A DNA stretch of 63,611 bases, the filler included, from Rhabdomonas costata (Eukaryota): NCBI GenBank assembly GCA_019059605.1. It is 50 parts of 50 records of this genome, joined end to end, with 100 filler letters (N's around TTAATTAATTAA, not from the genome) between each part and the next. Parts side by side here need not be neighbours in the genome. Positions count along the whole stretch, not along the records: positions 38,229 to 39,402 come from JAHMHO010025018.1; positions 39,503 to 40,676 come from JAHMHO010025019.1; positions 40,777 to 41,950 come from JAHMHO010025020.1; positions 42,051 to 43,224 come from JAHMHO010025021.1; positions 43,325 to 44,498 come from JAHMHO010025022.1; positions 44,599 to 45,772 come from JAHMHO010025023.1; positions 45,873 to 47,049 come from JAHMHO010025024.1; positions 47,150 to 48,321 come from JAHMHO010025025.1; 42 more parts are not named here. One strand, 5' to 3'. This document shows positions 38,129 through 49,694 of this stretch, piece by piece; within the stretch, counting starts at the first letter, position 1; each line of letters opens with the position of its first letter. The notes below the pieces were generated by a model. The model was not told the origin of the DNA. It did no database searches and was given only the letters and a program-made list of their open reading frames with translations. The translations under genes and the position numbers were made by a program.

Positions 38129-40127
38129 NNNNNNNNNNNNNNNNNNNNNNNNNNNNNNNNNNNNNNNNNNNNTTAATTAATTAANNNNNNNNNNNNNNNN
38201 NNNNNNNNNNNNNNNNNNNNNNNNNNNNGGTGGGGGGTTTTGCCTTAGCTTTTGGGTTGCCCTTGTGCCCCGTAAAGAAGAGTTGTGGGCGGCTGATGGA
38301 GCTGTTTTTTCCTGCTAAGTCTCGCGTGCATATGTCGAACAGTTCTGGATGGTTGACATACTTTTTCAGTTCGGGATCTCTGTGCGGCAAATGGTGCTCG
38401 TCCCCTCACTTTGGCTTCTCTTGGCCCTGTTTTCACTGAAGCACCACGCACCAGACGCGTTCATCTGGATCGGCATTGAAGAGCGCAGCTTGTGTCTGTG
38501 ATTCATCACTGTCACTTTTTGTTCTCGGTTTTGTTCAGGCAGAAACTGCTATGTGTCATTGTGTCATTCTTTACGCACGCAAATGCGTGCTGGGAGTTTG
38601 ACAATGAGTCCTTCGTCATGTGGCCTGTGGTGGTTGGTATCAGCGAAGGTTCACACATCCTTGAGGACTGCTGGTGCAGCTCGCTTTCGTTGCTTACTCC
38701 TTGGCCTTCTCACCCCCCCATCCTCCCCTCCTTGCACATTTGCATCTGAGGCTTCCCTGCACTCTGTACACAACCTGTACTGTTTTGTTATTCAGAATGA
38801 CCGTTTGTTTCCGGACCTCACGTTGGAGTTCGGTATGGTGATCCCCACTGCTTTACCCGTCTCATTTGCTATGCCCAATCGTTCGGGACGAAGCAAATAC
38901 ACTGCGGTGCAAACTAACTAACAAAAGGCTGCGTCTTCGCACCCTCCCGGCTGGTGGAGGAAGGAGGTTTCGGTGCTGCATTTGTAATTGCGGCTCTGCC
39001 CTCGAAGGGCAGAGGGAACAAGACGGATAGAAGCCCGCTTACGAGGAATACTGCTTTTGCGGTTCATTAACTGACTTTTGGATATCAGCGGATTTCGTCG
39101 CTACTCTTCCTTGCAGCACCAGTACCTTGGACCCTTCGTAACAGTGCCGTCTGTTTACTGCGGGTCAAGGACAGCGTAGGCAGTCTCCCCCAATCCTCTT
39201 CAATCAGTCTGTGTGGGGCGGGGGATTTCGGTCCACAACCTTCCCCGACGAACAAGCCTCAATATTTAAAAATTTCTGATGTTTCCTCCTTTCTTGGGAA
39301 CTCACCAACTCATCAACGGCACACTTTTTTGGATAGGGTCCTCTCTATTCCGCAGTTCCGAAGCTCTTTTTTATACCGAAACTCCACCTTTTCCCCCACC
39401 ACNNNNNNNNNNNNNNNNNNNNNNNNNNNNNNNNNNNNNNNNNNNNTTAATTAATTAANNNNNNNNNNNNNNNNNNNNNNNNNNNNNNNNNNNNNNNNNN
39501 NNGGGGTGGTTGAAAGTGAGGGGCTTTTTCACTCGGCGAGATTTCTGTGCCAGACTGGTCATTAGGACTAGGGAGGTGTTACGCATTATTCAAGGACAAG
39601 AAGCAGAGCTTGTGCTTTCCTTCTGTCATGTAAAACTTAAAAAGCGTTATTCTCATAAAGGATAACGTTGTGATTGGACGAAGCATATTGTCTTCGCCCT
39701 CTGGGAACCTTTTCAGCTAGAGATGCGATGTGCTGGCATTAGCCTTGTACTCAAAAATGTTGTAATGGTCTGCGCGTGGCGGTTTCCATTTTGGCATCAT
39801 TTTCAGTTCTCGAGCAAGCTAATATGGATGCAATCTGACCGCCACAATCTGCGGAAATATGCTGAGCTATGACGGACTGGGGATAGGATTTGCTTAGGCG
39901 CGGGTGGTCAGTCCGCTGCGTGACTGGAGTGGCCGGCTGATACAGGAACGATGCCTGGGGCTTGTAATGGCATGTTGAACCTGTGCGGACCTTAAAGGCG
40001 GCGCGACTGGTAACGGTCGTCCCCATACATACATCCCACCGATGGTCAGGAGTACCGACGTTTATGCTCTGAGCACGCTCCACCCCCGAGGGAGGAAGAC
40101 GCTGGCTCGGAATGTGAGTGTTGGCAG

Positions 40128-40255
40128 TGCGAGGTACGAGCAGCAGTCCAGGAAGCGGGGTCGGCCGAACCCTACCGCAATGGCGGCGCAGCGCTGCTTC
40201 ATTTGTGGAGGCACGGGGCACCCTCCGGAGGCCTGCTCGCAGCTTGGGAAAGCGG
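40128..40255 (+). CDS. Exon with CCHC zinc knuckle
   Basis: QRCFICGGTGHPPEACSQ = CX2CX4HX4C, bounded by gcag| and |gtgtgc. Confidence 0.65.
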
Positions 40256-40548
40256 GTGTGCACGTGCCTCTCGATCCCCACAACCACGTTGGCAACACCA
40301 CATAGGTTCCGTGTCGGGTTGCTTTTCATCACCTCGTCACAAATCCACAGACACCTCGCTTCTTCTTGGTTCGCTGCGAACTCCTGGATGAATGCATCTG
40401 CATGAGTATCATGTATTGTACGATTTGGATTGTGCGATGTCCTGAAGTTGCACTAAGCGACAGCTCAGGGATCGGTGTCGCTTATCCTCTAGACACGTTT
40501 TGTTTTCGGGTAGCAACTGAAACATCGCGCAAGATATGCCGTTGTGGA

Positions 40549-40668
40549 GGAGTGCGAAAATGGACTGCAAGTAATCAATGAGATCTAAAATCTAAATCCC
40601 AGTGGTCTTCACCAGAGGATCTTAGATTTTAGATCTCATTGATTACTTGCAGTCCATTTTCGCACTCC
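40549..40668. repeat. 47-bp inverted repeat at contig end (likely fold-back chimera)
   Basis: 40549-40595 is the reverse complement of 40622-40668. Confidence 0.9.
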
Positions 40669-40928
40669 CCCCCAACNNNNNNNNNNNNNNNNNNNNNNNN
40701 NNNNNNNNNNNNNNNNNNNNTTAATTAATTAANNNNNNNNNNNNNNNNNNNNNNNNNNNNNNNNNNNNNNNNNNNNTTGTTGTCGTGAAAGCAAGGGTAA
40801 CCCTCACGAAGACAGTGGTGGACGGAAGCATTGAACTGGATTTCCTGGGACTTGTGGGGAGGTTAGAAGGCGGTGCAGGGGGAACAGGGTATTTTATACC
40901 TAACGATGTGCCATCGAGTGGGCGATAC

Positions 40929-41147
40929 CTGAAACGGAGCTGCCTGCCGCTGTGCACCCCCATTGTGGGACGAGGGAGGGAGAGGGGCGCGGCCATTGAG
41001 CTCGGGCTGATGGCCCTTTGGCTGACGATCCCCACCAACCTGACGCCGAGACGCCAGGGAGGGGCTCTCCGCGCGAGCAGGGCGAGCGCTTGGGCCGGAC
41101 CGGCTGGGGGGTGGCTGAGGCGTGGAAGCCTTCCGAGGAAAAGACAT
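40929..41147 (-). CDS. Possible first exon of an unknown Pro/Ser/Arg-rich protein downstream of Rpn12
   Basis: ATG at 41147, 73 codons to CAG|gtatcg; low complexity, so weak support. Confidence 0.3.
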
Positions 41148-41810
41148 CGGAAAAGACAGCTCTCCACCAAAGATGGGTGAGTGTGTATGTCTGTGCGCGC
41201 AGTAGAGGGCAAATAGGCGCAGTATAGAGTTGCTTGCCCTGTTTGTAGAGGGTTATTCCTGAGTTCACAAAGAAAGCTGGCCGCAAAACATGCAAAAGGG
41301 ACAGACAGCACTGGTGGTAGGGGGCTGCGGGAGGAAAAAAGGACGAAAAGGACGAAAGCAGAGGTGCAGAAATCGCACGGATTCTGATGAGTCTCCACAA
41401 GACAATCTCATGAATATTCCGCGGCACAGGAACCGCTCAACATCACCGGCATTTCAATGATGAAAACTTCCCAAAGCCTCAGTCCGTCCAAACGAAAAGG
41501 AAAGGGCAGACCATTCTGTGGCATCTTCCAAAGCAAAAAAGTCATGACGTCATCAACCGGATTCCGATACACCAATACCCATTCTTAGAACAGGTTGCTT
41601 TCCGCTACGAGCCGAGAATGGGGTCAAACCAAACTCCTTTGGGAAGATGAGAATGCCAGCAGCGGCGAACGAGAGTACACCAAAAATAACGCAGCAGAAT
41701 TCACACAGTCGATGAGTCACAAAACGAAAAGTCGAAAGAAGGTCTCTTGAGCCAAAGGGTTCACCAGACTGGTTCTCTTCCGGTGCCCCCAGCGGGGTCC
41801 CGGTCCACCC

Positions 41811-41941
41811 TCACACAATGCGCTCCATCTCGTTGGCAAAGCCAAGCGTGGCGGTGATGATGTCCTGGTATGGGATGGCCCGGGCCTCGGCCTCCCGGGG
41901 GCGGTCGAAGAGCAACCAGCCATCCCGCACAGCCCATCCTA
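41811..41941 (-). CDS. PSMD8: 26S proteasome regulatory subunit Rpn12, terminal exon
   Basis: GWAVRDGWLLFDRPREAEARAIPYQDIITATLGFANEMERIV* matches the Rpn12 C-terminus (GW...IP...I..TL.YA.ELE.IV*); TGA stop at 41813-41811. Confidence 0.82.
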
Positions 41942-43565
41942 CCACCACCCNNNNNNNNNNNNNNNNNNNNNNNNNNNNNNNNNNNNNNNNNNNNTTAATT
42001 AATTAANNNNNNNNNNNNNNNNNNNNNNNNNNNNNNNNNNNNNNNNNNNNGATAGTTCAAAACTGGGGGGTACGGAAAAAGTTGGTGAGTAGCGGTAATG
42101 GGGGTGTGGGTACAATCAGATGAAAGACTGTATGGTGAGAAGTGGACTGTATGATGAGAAGTTGGAGGAGAAGTTATCCGCTTTTGTACGTGCAGAAACA
42201 ATGCTTGGTTCTGATGCTCATTGCCATCGGCTGGCGACTTCACTTGCGGCAGATTTGGGTTGGATGCTCCATCTACAGTTTTTTGTCAAAGAAACTTTAT
42301 AATTTTCACATGATCGGAATTTGTAAGGCAGATTTTCCACATATGGTTGCCAAAAATTCCAAAAAATTTCAGAATCAGTGGCAGTGTCCAACTATACGCC
42401 AATGACAATGACCATCACAATCCTCTTCCAGCACTGTCTTTCAGAACATTTGGCTTTAGAGCCAGTTAAGTATTGGTGGAGGGAATACACTAATAACCAA
42501 TTTCTGGATTAACCAAAGCAAAATCTGGATAACACTAAGATTTGAAGGACCCACTTGCAACCATAATTGGATGAAGATTCCTAAGATTAAAAAGGCACAT
42601 GGCTATGATTTTTCAGGACGACATGTTCATTCATTCAATGCTAAGAGAAAATGAAGACGCAAAATGGTGCGCGAAAGTGGATTGCCTTACAGTATTCATA
42701 CAGGAGACCAGATGTCTTTTAATTGTGGTGTGCAACAAGGTTAATAAAATCAGCGCCTTTTTTCGCGTTCCACATGCAGGCAATTGATCCTAGTTCACAA
42801 CAAACCAGACAACGAAACATTTCATGCGGATGATCTTTCTCGCCAAAACGCAGGAATTTATTATGGCATTTATCAACCACTAGCAACGGCACAATCGGAA
42901 GTAAAGACATAGGCCCATACTTTTTTAATCTTGTTTAACACAGTTACTTACAGAAGATAATGGGGTCAAGATATAGAAATGGCTTGAGAATAAAAACTTA
43001 GACTGTGAGTTTGCTATGTACTATGAGAGCCGCACGTGCAGACGAATTCGGAAACATCAATATGGCAAACTGCAAGTTTGCTGTTGGTCAGTACATCTTA
43101 ATTTAGAAGCACAACAGAAACGAGCTTGGCGTAATACTCACGCAACAGGTGGCCATGTAGTCTTATAATACCAAAAAAAATATCACGCGAAATACTTTTC
43201 AAACTGCCTTTGAGAACCACAACCNNNNNNNNNNNNNNNNNNNNNNNNNNNNNNNNNNNNNNNNNNNNTTAATTAATTAANNNNNNNNNNNNNNNNNNNN
43301 NNNNNNNNNNNNNNNNNNNNNNNNCCCCATCGCAACAGCACCAGAAGGAATTAAGCGGCAAAAGGCAGCGCCCTATACAAAAATAAACACTGAAGGTTAT
43401 CCACTGAATCCGGCACGGCAGTACCAAATCCCTGAAAAATGCACTCACATGGTTAAGTGGGGCTATTTTCAGACAAAAAGACCACCTATTTGCCTAAGAA
43501 CTTTCTCCCAAGAACCGCCATATCCGCACCAGATGAGAAGGGGGGGGGGAGTTGAGGGGAATCGC

Positions 43566-44064
43566 CTGAGCCTGGACGCCCTCTCCTTTCGCTTTGTGCT
43601 TCTCCACGGCGTGCAGCAGCCGGCTCCGCTCCTGTCGAAAGCTTTCCTGCGCCATAGCCCATGCGTTGCAAGCAAACCCTCTGCAAAATGGGCATGCATT
43701 TGACTAAAGGGAAAGGGAAAGGGATGCTGAACACAGTTCTAATTTCCAGTTCAATCCAAGTTCTGGTACGCTAATTCTCACTCAACCACAAGAATACACC
43801 AAAAATTCGATGAAATAATCCAGCACGAATTCCCTTCTCCAAAAAAAAAAGCAACCAAATTCCTTACAATTAGCATCCTTGTCATCCGCAGGGATCTCCC
43901 AAATGACTCATCGGCCCATTCATCTACTTTTTATCCCTCAAAGAGGAGGCCATGCGAGAAATAACCTGCTGAGCAGCCATGTTCTTCTGGTGCTCATCCG
44001 CCTGCTGCGTGGCGAGCACAAGCTTCTGTTGCACCTCCTCCAGCTGCTGCTTCAAAGATGAGAT
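43566..44064 (-). CDS. Coiled-coil protein, exons 44064-43966 and 43646-43566
   Basis: ISSLKQQLEEVQQKLVLATQQADEHQKNMAAQQ|ESFRQERSRLLHAVEKHKAKGEGVQAQ; the second exon appears to end at CAG|gcgatt. Confidence 0.55.
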
Positions 44065-45288
44065 CTGTGTTTTCAGAAGCGCCAACACCAGCGATAAACA
44101 CCCGAAAGCTACCATCGACTCGCTAACGGCACACAGAAAAAACACCGAGAGGGAGCCTGCAAGGTGGGAGACAAACCAAATCTTAAAAATGGAATCCTGG
44201 TGACCCCTCTCTATAAAGGTAGCTTTGAAGTTGTGGGATACAGAGTGTTATACGAATGCAAGGGATATGTGCGTTTGATTCGCAAGGCACGTTTATCCAC
44301 TCTCGTGGCCAGAACTGACTGGAGGTGAAGCTTTTTTGGATTGTCAATTGAAAGGAGTCTTCCGAAATCCATTGCTTTGCAGCAATGTCCTTGATGACAA
44401 TACCCGCACAAGGCCCCGTGGTCTCGCTCCCCTACCCTCGGTGGGGTGCCTCCAAGTTCGCATATCGGGTGCACAGGTGTTGTGGACCGAGCAAACCTNN
44501 NNNNNNNNNNNNNNNNNNNNNNNNNNNNNNNNNNNNNNNNNNTTAATTAATTAANNNNNNNNNNNNNNNNNNNNNNNNNNNNNNNNNNNNNNNNNNNNGG
44601 GGGGTCGTACTGAGGGGAAGCAAAGAAAGAGAAAACTGCCTGCCGTGGTATGCAGAAGATGCGGAAGATATCACAGCATATGGACGGCAGGCTTTGCTGC
44701 CTCGGTGTCTGTGGGGGTAACCGCTTCACAAGGAGAATCAGTTGTGAGCTTGCTTAATCTCTGTGAGTACCCAAACCAAGGAAAGTTGCGATGCTGCTAT
44801 GATGAAATTCAGTTTTTTGATGCGCCCGTATTCTCTGCAGCATATAACCCCCTCGTTCTAGTGTGCGCGTGAAGAATCGAATATAGAATTTTCTGTTCAA
44901 GGAACAGAACGAATCATTTTGTGGGTTCAGGCCAACAGAAAGTCACCGTGACCCGTTCGGCGTGAATTGGTTTCCTAATTCGGTGTAGATGCTCTCGTAA
45001 ACCTTCCGCTGTGTGGGACAGGAAGCGGCAAAAAAAAGGGGATAAGAAAGTGTTGCCAAGGAGCACCACCACCGACCCAAGGGGAAAGTTCAGAGAACAA
45101 AAGATCCCAGGCCTGCTTTGGCGTAGTCCTCAGGGAAATTGGTGATAATACTGAGTTATTTTTGCCGCGTCTGAACAGCGTCACGTCTCACACCTAATCG
45201 GAGGATTTACTTTTCTTTCCTTGCCGTGATATGCACGCACCGGCGCCTTTGTTCTATTTTCCCGACTTTTTCTCCCTTTGGGGTTCAG

Positions 45289-45393
45289 ACTGAGGTCAAC
45301 CCGTTGGGCAAGGAGTTCCCCCAGGACTCAACTGTCACCGCGGGTTGGGTCTCCCCGCTCTCTCCCGAGCCCGACGACGTCGAAGTTCCGCCG
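45289..45393 (+). CDS. Internal exon, unknown protein
   Basis: ttcag|TEVNPLGKEFPQDSTVTAGWVSPLSPEPDDVEVPP|gtgtgt; 105 nt after a pyrimidine tract. Confidence 0.5.
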
Positions 45394-46680
45394 GTGTGTG
45401 AGTGTGAGTTTCCTCACCGCTCGTGTGATTTCCCCACCGCCGAAGTCAAAGCTGAGTACTGCGTGTTGTTAGATGCGCACAAGGCCCCCGAAGGATTGCC
45501 GTGCGGCACGCCCCATTTTGTTTGCGGACGGGCTGGTTTGCTAGGGTGTTCCGACGGAGAAGCTGCCTATTTTTCGAGTTTCTGAGTTTTTGACTAAATT
45601 GTATGCGCGCACACGCACACACTCACAGACACTCGCACTCACTGAATCACTCATTTGCGATTAAAGGCCTGTCAGCTGTTGGAAGTATATTGGCATGCAA
45701 AGGTCCAAAAGATGCCACCCCGGGCCCGTGGAAACGTGGCTCATTTGTAGTAACTGGTCACCCACCACCCCCNNNNNNNNNNNNNNNNNNNNNNNNNNNN
45801 NNNNNNNNNNNNNNNNTTAATTAATTAANNNNNNNNNNNNNNNNNNNNNNNNNNNNNNNNNNNNNNNNNNNNGGGGTTGTGGCCAGCACGCCGGTGCATG
45901 CCCCGCGCCTACGTTTTGAACTCCTTCCGCTGAGTTGCCTGAGTTGCGGGAGAATATGATCAACCTTGCGCTTACCCGATGTTGTAGGAAAAATTTGGGA
46001 CCTCTCATCCAGTGACAAGGACGACCTCCAAAAGTTAAGTATGGGGTGTACCATTATCGTACAAAAATGGGGCTTTTGGTTGTTTCGGCAGGATCGATTT
46101 GTGGGGTCAGTGAAGTGCTAGAGGTGATAATGTGTTAAACGGCTTGTGCTATCAATTGGTGCTTAGGGTAGTCGGATTGTATTTGCTCGACAACGTCCTG
46201 TCGCGGTGCGTTCGTTTGAGTTGGCAGAGAACCGCCTGAAACTGCTCTTCATAATTGCATTGCAAGCGCGATTTTTGGGATCAAGTTGGGTTGGTGGCCG
46301 GCTGGAGGGTTGGTGGAGAATGGGTTGGGACTCCTCCGTGAGGTGAAGGAGCATATCTCCTCTTCCCCAACTTCGCTCCGAACATCTCCGATCTCTCTGA
46401 TCTTTTGTCCTTTGGGCCTCTCTGTTGTGATGACACCACCACCAGGCTTTCGGCCGTTTTTTTTTTGCGAGCCCCCCCCCTCCCGTTGGTTCCTGGGGTG
46501 TTTACGAGTCTCAGCAGACGGTGGTTGCGTATTCCAATTCGAATATGGCCTCTTGCAGGGAGTTGCATGAAAGCTTCGCATATCCCATCGAACGCCTTTT
46601 GTTCGGCACTGCTTGCTCATACTTCTTGGCTCTATGGAAAGGGAAGAACGCGCCTGGCTGCTGTTCTTGCCACACTTCAG

Positions 46681-46803
46681 ATTGGCTGCCGGGCTCCGGA
46701 GATGATCGCCGTGCGCGTGGGTGCGCGGATCGATGAGAGAGTGGACATATGGGCAATCGGCACGCTTCTCTACCATGTCTGCTTTGGGAACCTCCCGTTT
46801 GAG
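46681..46803 (+). CDS. Ser/Thr kinase subdomains VIII-IX, NAK (AAK1/GAK/STK16)-like
   Basis: ttcag|IGCRAPEMIAVRVGARIDERVDIWAIGTLLYHVCFGNLPFE|gtcacc; RAPEM...I-x-E-x-VDIWA-x-G-x-LLY-x-x-CF-x3-PF. Confidence 0.85.
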
Positions 46804-46999
46804 GTCACCTGTGCCCCAATATTTTTCTTGATACTGAGCGGTGGCTTGTTTGAACAGCATTCCGCTGAGTTATGAGGAGAAGATCACGTGCAGCCACCCC
46901 CCAAACACACACACGTTTTGTGCGTGCACCAACAAAAATTGGCATCTAGGGGCGGTGGAACAGTACGGGTCGAACCTTCTTTTAATGCCTTAATCGTAT

Positions 47000-47049
47000 C
47001 CCTAACCCTAACCCTAACCCTAACCCTAACCCTAACCCTAACCCTAACC
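47000..47049 (-). repeat. (CCCTAA)8 telomere-type repeat at contig end, in interstitial orientation
   Basis: Perfect CCCTAA array running to the contig end. The C-rich strand points 3' outward, opposite to a real chromosome end. Confidence 0.9.
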
Positions 47050-47179
47050 NNNNNNNNNNNNNNNNNNNNNNNNNNNNNNNNNNNNNNNNNNNNTTAATTA
47101 ATTAANNNNNNNNNNNNNNNNNNNNNNNNNNNNNNNNNNNNNNNNNNNNGGGGTTGTGGGGTGACGGAGCGACGTGTGG

Positions 47180-47640
47180 GACCCGGGTCGGGTGAAAGGG
47201 TCGGCGATGTTTTCTTCAGAAGGAACCAGGGCCATTTGGAGCTGGAAGTGGGAGTCGAGACACATACGTGCCATGCGGCGGGTGTTGTGCAGGCGGTCTG
47301 ATGGGTAAGCACTGGGGCGGCCATTTACCATCGGAAAGTAAGCAGTTTTATTCGTGACGAAGTAGGCGCGGGGCAATCTGCGTGCCTACATGAATTTAAG
47401 CGTATGGAACGCGGTCCGCCACCAGATCTTCCCCCACGAAGAGCACGGCGAGCGCACATCATTCAAAACACCCTTGCCTACCGGCTTCGTGGTCCACGTC
47501 GTCGGGACTAAAAGCGCAAAGCATAGAAAATTAGGCCATTTTTCAATTGCCGCGCGCGAACGCACGTACGTCAAGTACCGAGGGGGAGCGAACCTGGAGG
47601 AGGAATGCAAAGACCTGGGCATCACGAAGACCAAGGACAT
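47180..47640 (-). mobile_element. Degenerate RNase H of a tyrosine-recombinase (DIRS/VIPER/Ngaro-like) retrotransposon
   Basis: YFVTNKTAYFPMVNGRPSAYPSDRLHNTRRMARMCLDSHFQLQMALVPSEENIADPFTR fits the DIRS-type RNase H layout (TDN..., G..S..L...R...C, VPS..N.AD..(S/T)R); in-frame stop upstream. Confidence 0.65.
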
Positions 47641-49694
47641 GAACGAGAGGAGCGCCGCGACGACTGTGAACGTGAACCGGGTAAAGATAAGGAGGTGACC
47701 GACAGAAAGGGAATACCTACTGGAGAAACATGAACATCACGAACACAGTGACGGATTGCGAATTTGACGACCATCAACATACCCCGGTCTCTTCGATCGC
47801 TCCTCACCATAAGGTGGAACGCTCATTCCGACCCTTTGCATCGGCTTTGTTCCCGCGGAGCCTTGACACAAAGAGGGTAACTCAGCATCATCCCTACCAC
47901 TCTTGCATCTGGAAGGGCACAGGCTCATTTTCACACCTTGCATGCAGAGAAAGTGGGGGTCAGCGTCGCTCCTACATACCGGTTCATGCATCAGGTCTCA
48001 AGCGCCAGCATCGCACAGCCATCATGTCAACATCACCTTTCACCTTCTACGCTCCCACCGCCGGAGGTCGGAAGGAGGATGGATGTTGCATATCGCCCTC
48101 TGCGGGCTCCACTTTAGAGTGTCACCTTGGGGCTATGCTGCTATCTGGTGCTTGGAGCCTACGGGTGCAGCATCGATTTTCACGAACCTCTGCCACCATC
48201 GCTGCTACCAGGTGTGTCGCGTCAACCACCATGGCATAGGGTGTAGGGAGTGGGTCGAGTGCATCGTTGCCAGCTGTGGTGTCGCCTGGCATCCATCACC
48301 AGGACTTTCATCCCCCAACCCNNNNNNNNNNNNNNNNNNNNNNNNNNNNNNNNNNNNNNNNNNNNTTAATTAATTAANNNNNNNNNNNNNNNNNNNNNNN
48401 NNNNNNNNNNNNNNNNNNNNNGTGGGTCTCCAGCGCACTTGTCACCGGAAAGGTCAACTGGAAACAGCAATCATTGTTACCTCCCTCCAGAAGTCAAATG
48501 ACAGCGCAGAGCAGTGCAGCGCAGGGCAAAGTGTTATCATTTTTTCGGTGTGTTACCCTGACGAAGCTTTGCTGTTTTTCTGCTTTTTATTTTGGGTGGT
48601 TGTGAAAGCCGTCTAAGAAAAAGGAAACATGTCTCTCAATCTATCTGTGAGACTTTGCAGCTTCATAGCTCCCTCTTATGTTGTCGAAAGGTCGCGGAAT
48701 TTAAGGCTGCAATTGGCCAGTGAGTTCTCCAATAACAGCGGCTAAGGGTGTTTCGGGGAATAATGGGGCTTGAAAGAAAAAAGGAATTGTTTGAGTGGAA
48801 ACTCGTCGGCACCGGATTAACACCTCATTTGTGTGTGTTTATGCGAATCCCGCTGAAGGCAATGCCTTGTGTATTTCGGGGTGTTGGCGGGGTGTTGCTC
48901 TCGCAACACGACTTCATAATGGCCGCGAGAGGGCGTTCCATGTGAAACTGAATTTAAACTGATGGCGGACACGGTGTACCTGTAGACAGGTGTCTCGGCC
49001 CACTAACCAGGACCAGTGCGACATGTCTCAGGGCTTTAGTCGAGCCAGGAGTGTCCGAAGAGCGCGAGATCAAGGGGCTCCAGACCGGTCCGTGACGCCG
49101 GGCCCACAGCCGGTTGGTGAGGAAGGGAGAAGGGCATCCTGAAAGAGCTTTGCGAACGCAGTCGCAGTTGGCAGTGGGGTTGCGGTGGCTTGACCATCAA
49201 CGTAGCAGAACCCAATCTCCCCCTTACCACGTGATTATGTCGGAGACGAGATTCTTCAGCCCGAGATGACGGGTACCCCATGGCCCAGTGGTCTAACGCA
49301 TACAGGAAAAACGAGAGCCCGAAAGCGCCAGGAGGTGATGAAGATGCTCCATTGCGACCCCCTGGAGGCCAGCGGAAGCAGCAAAGATATGATGGGTAGA
49401 ACGGTCAGTGAACCAAGACAACCGAAACCGAAAAAAGTCGGTCTCAATGGCGCAGGGTTGGATCTCCAGCGGTTTAATGCGCCAATGAGGTTTCGAACCT
49501 TCCCCACCAGCACAGGTGTGGTCCGCACCCCCGAAAAGCAGGAGAGAAACTGAAAGCCCGTTGGAGGCCGAAAAGTCCTCCGTCACACCACCCCNNNNNN
49601 NNNNNNNNNNNNNNNNNNNNNNNNNNNNNNNNNNNNNNTTAATTAATTAANNNNNNNNNNNNNNNNNNNNNNNNNNNNNNNNNNNNNNNNNNNN

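Noticed and set aside
45575-45600. TTTCTGAGT resembling the euglenid spliced-leader start
   Set aside because: The match ends after 9 nt; no SL exon end or donor.
49480-49510. GGTTCGAAACC B-box-like motif (minus strand) as a tRNA or SINE
   Set aside because: No A box, acceptor stem or cloverleaf.
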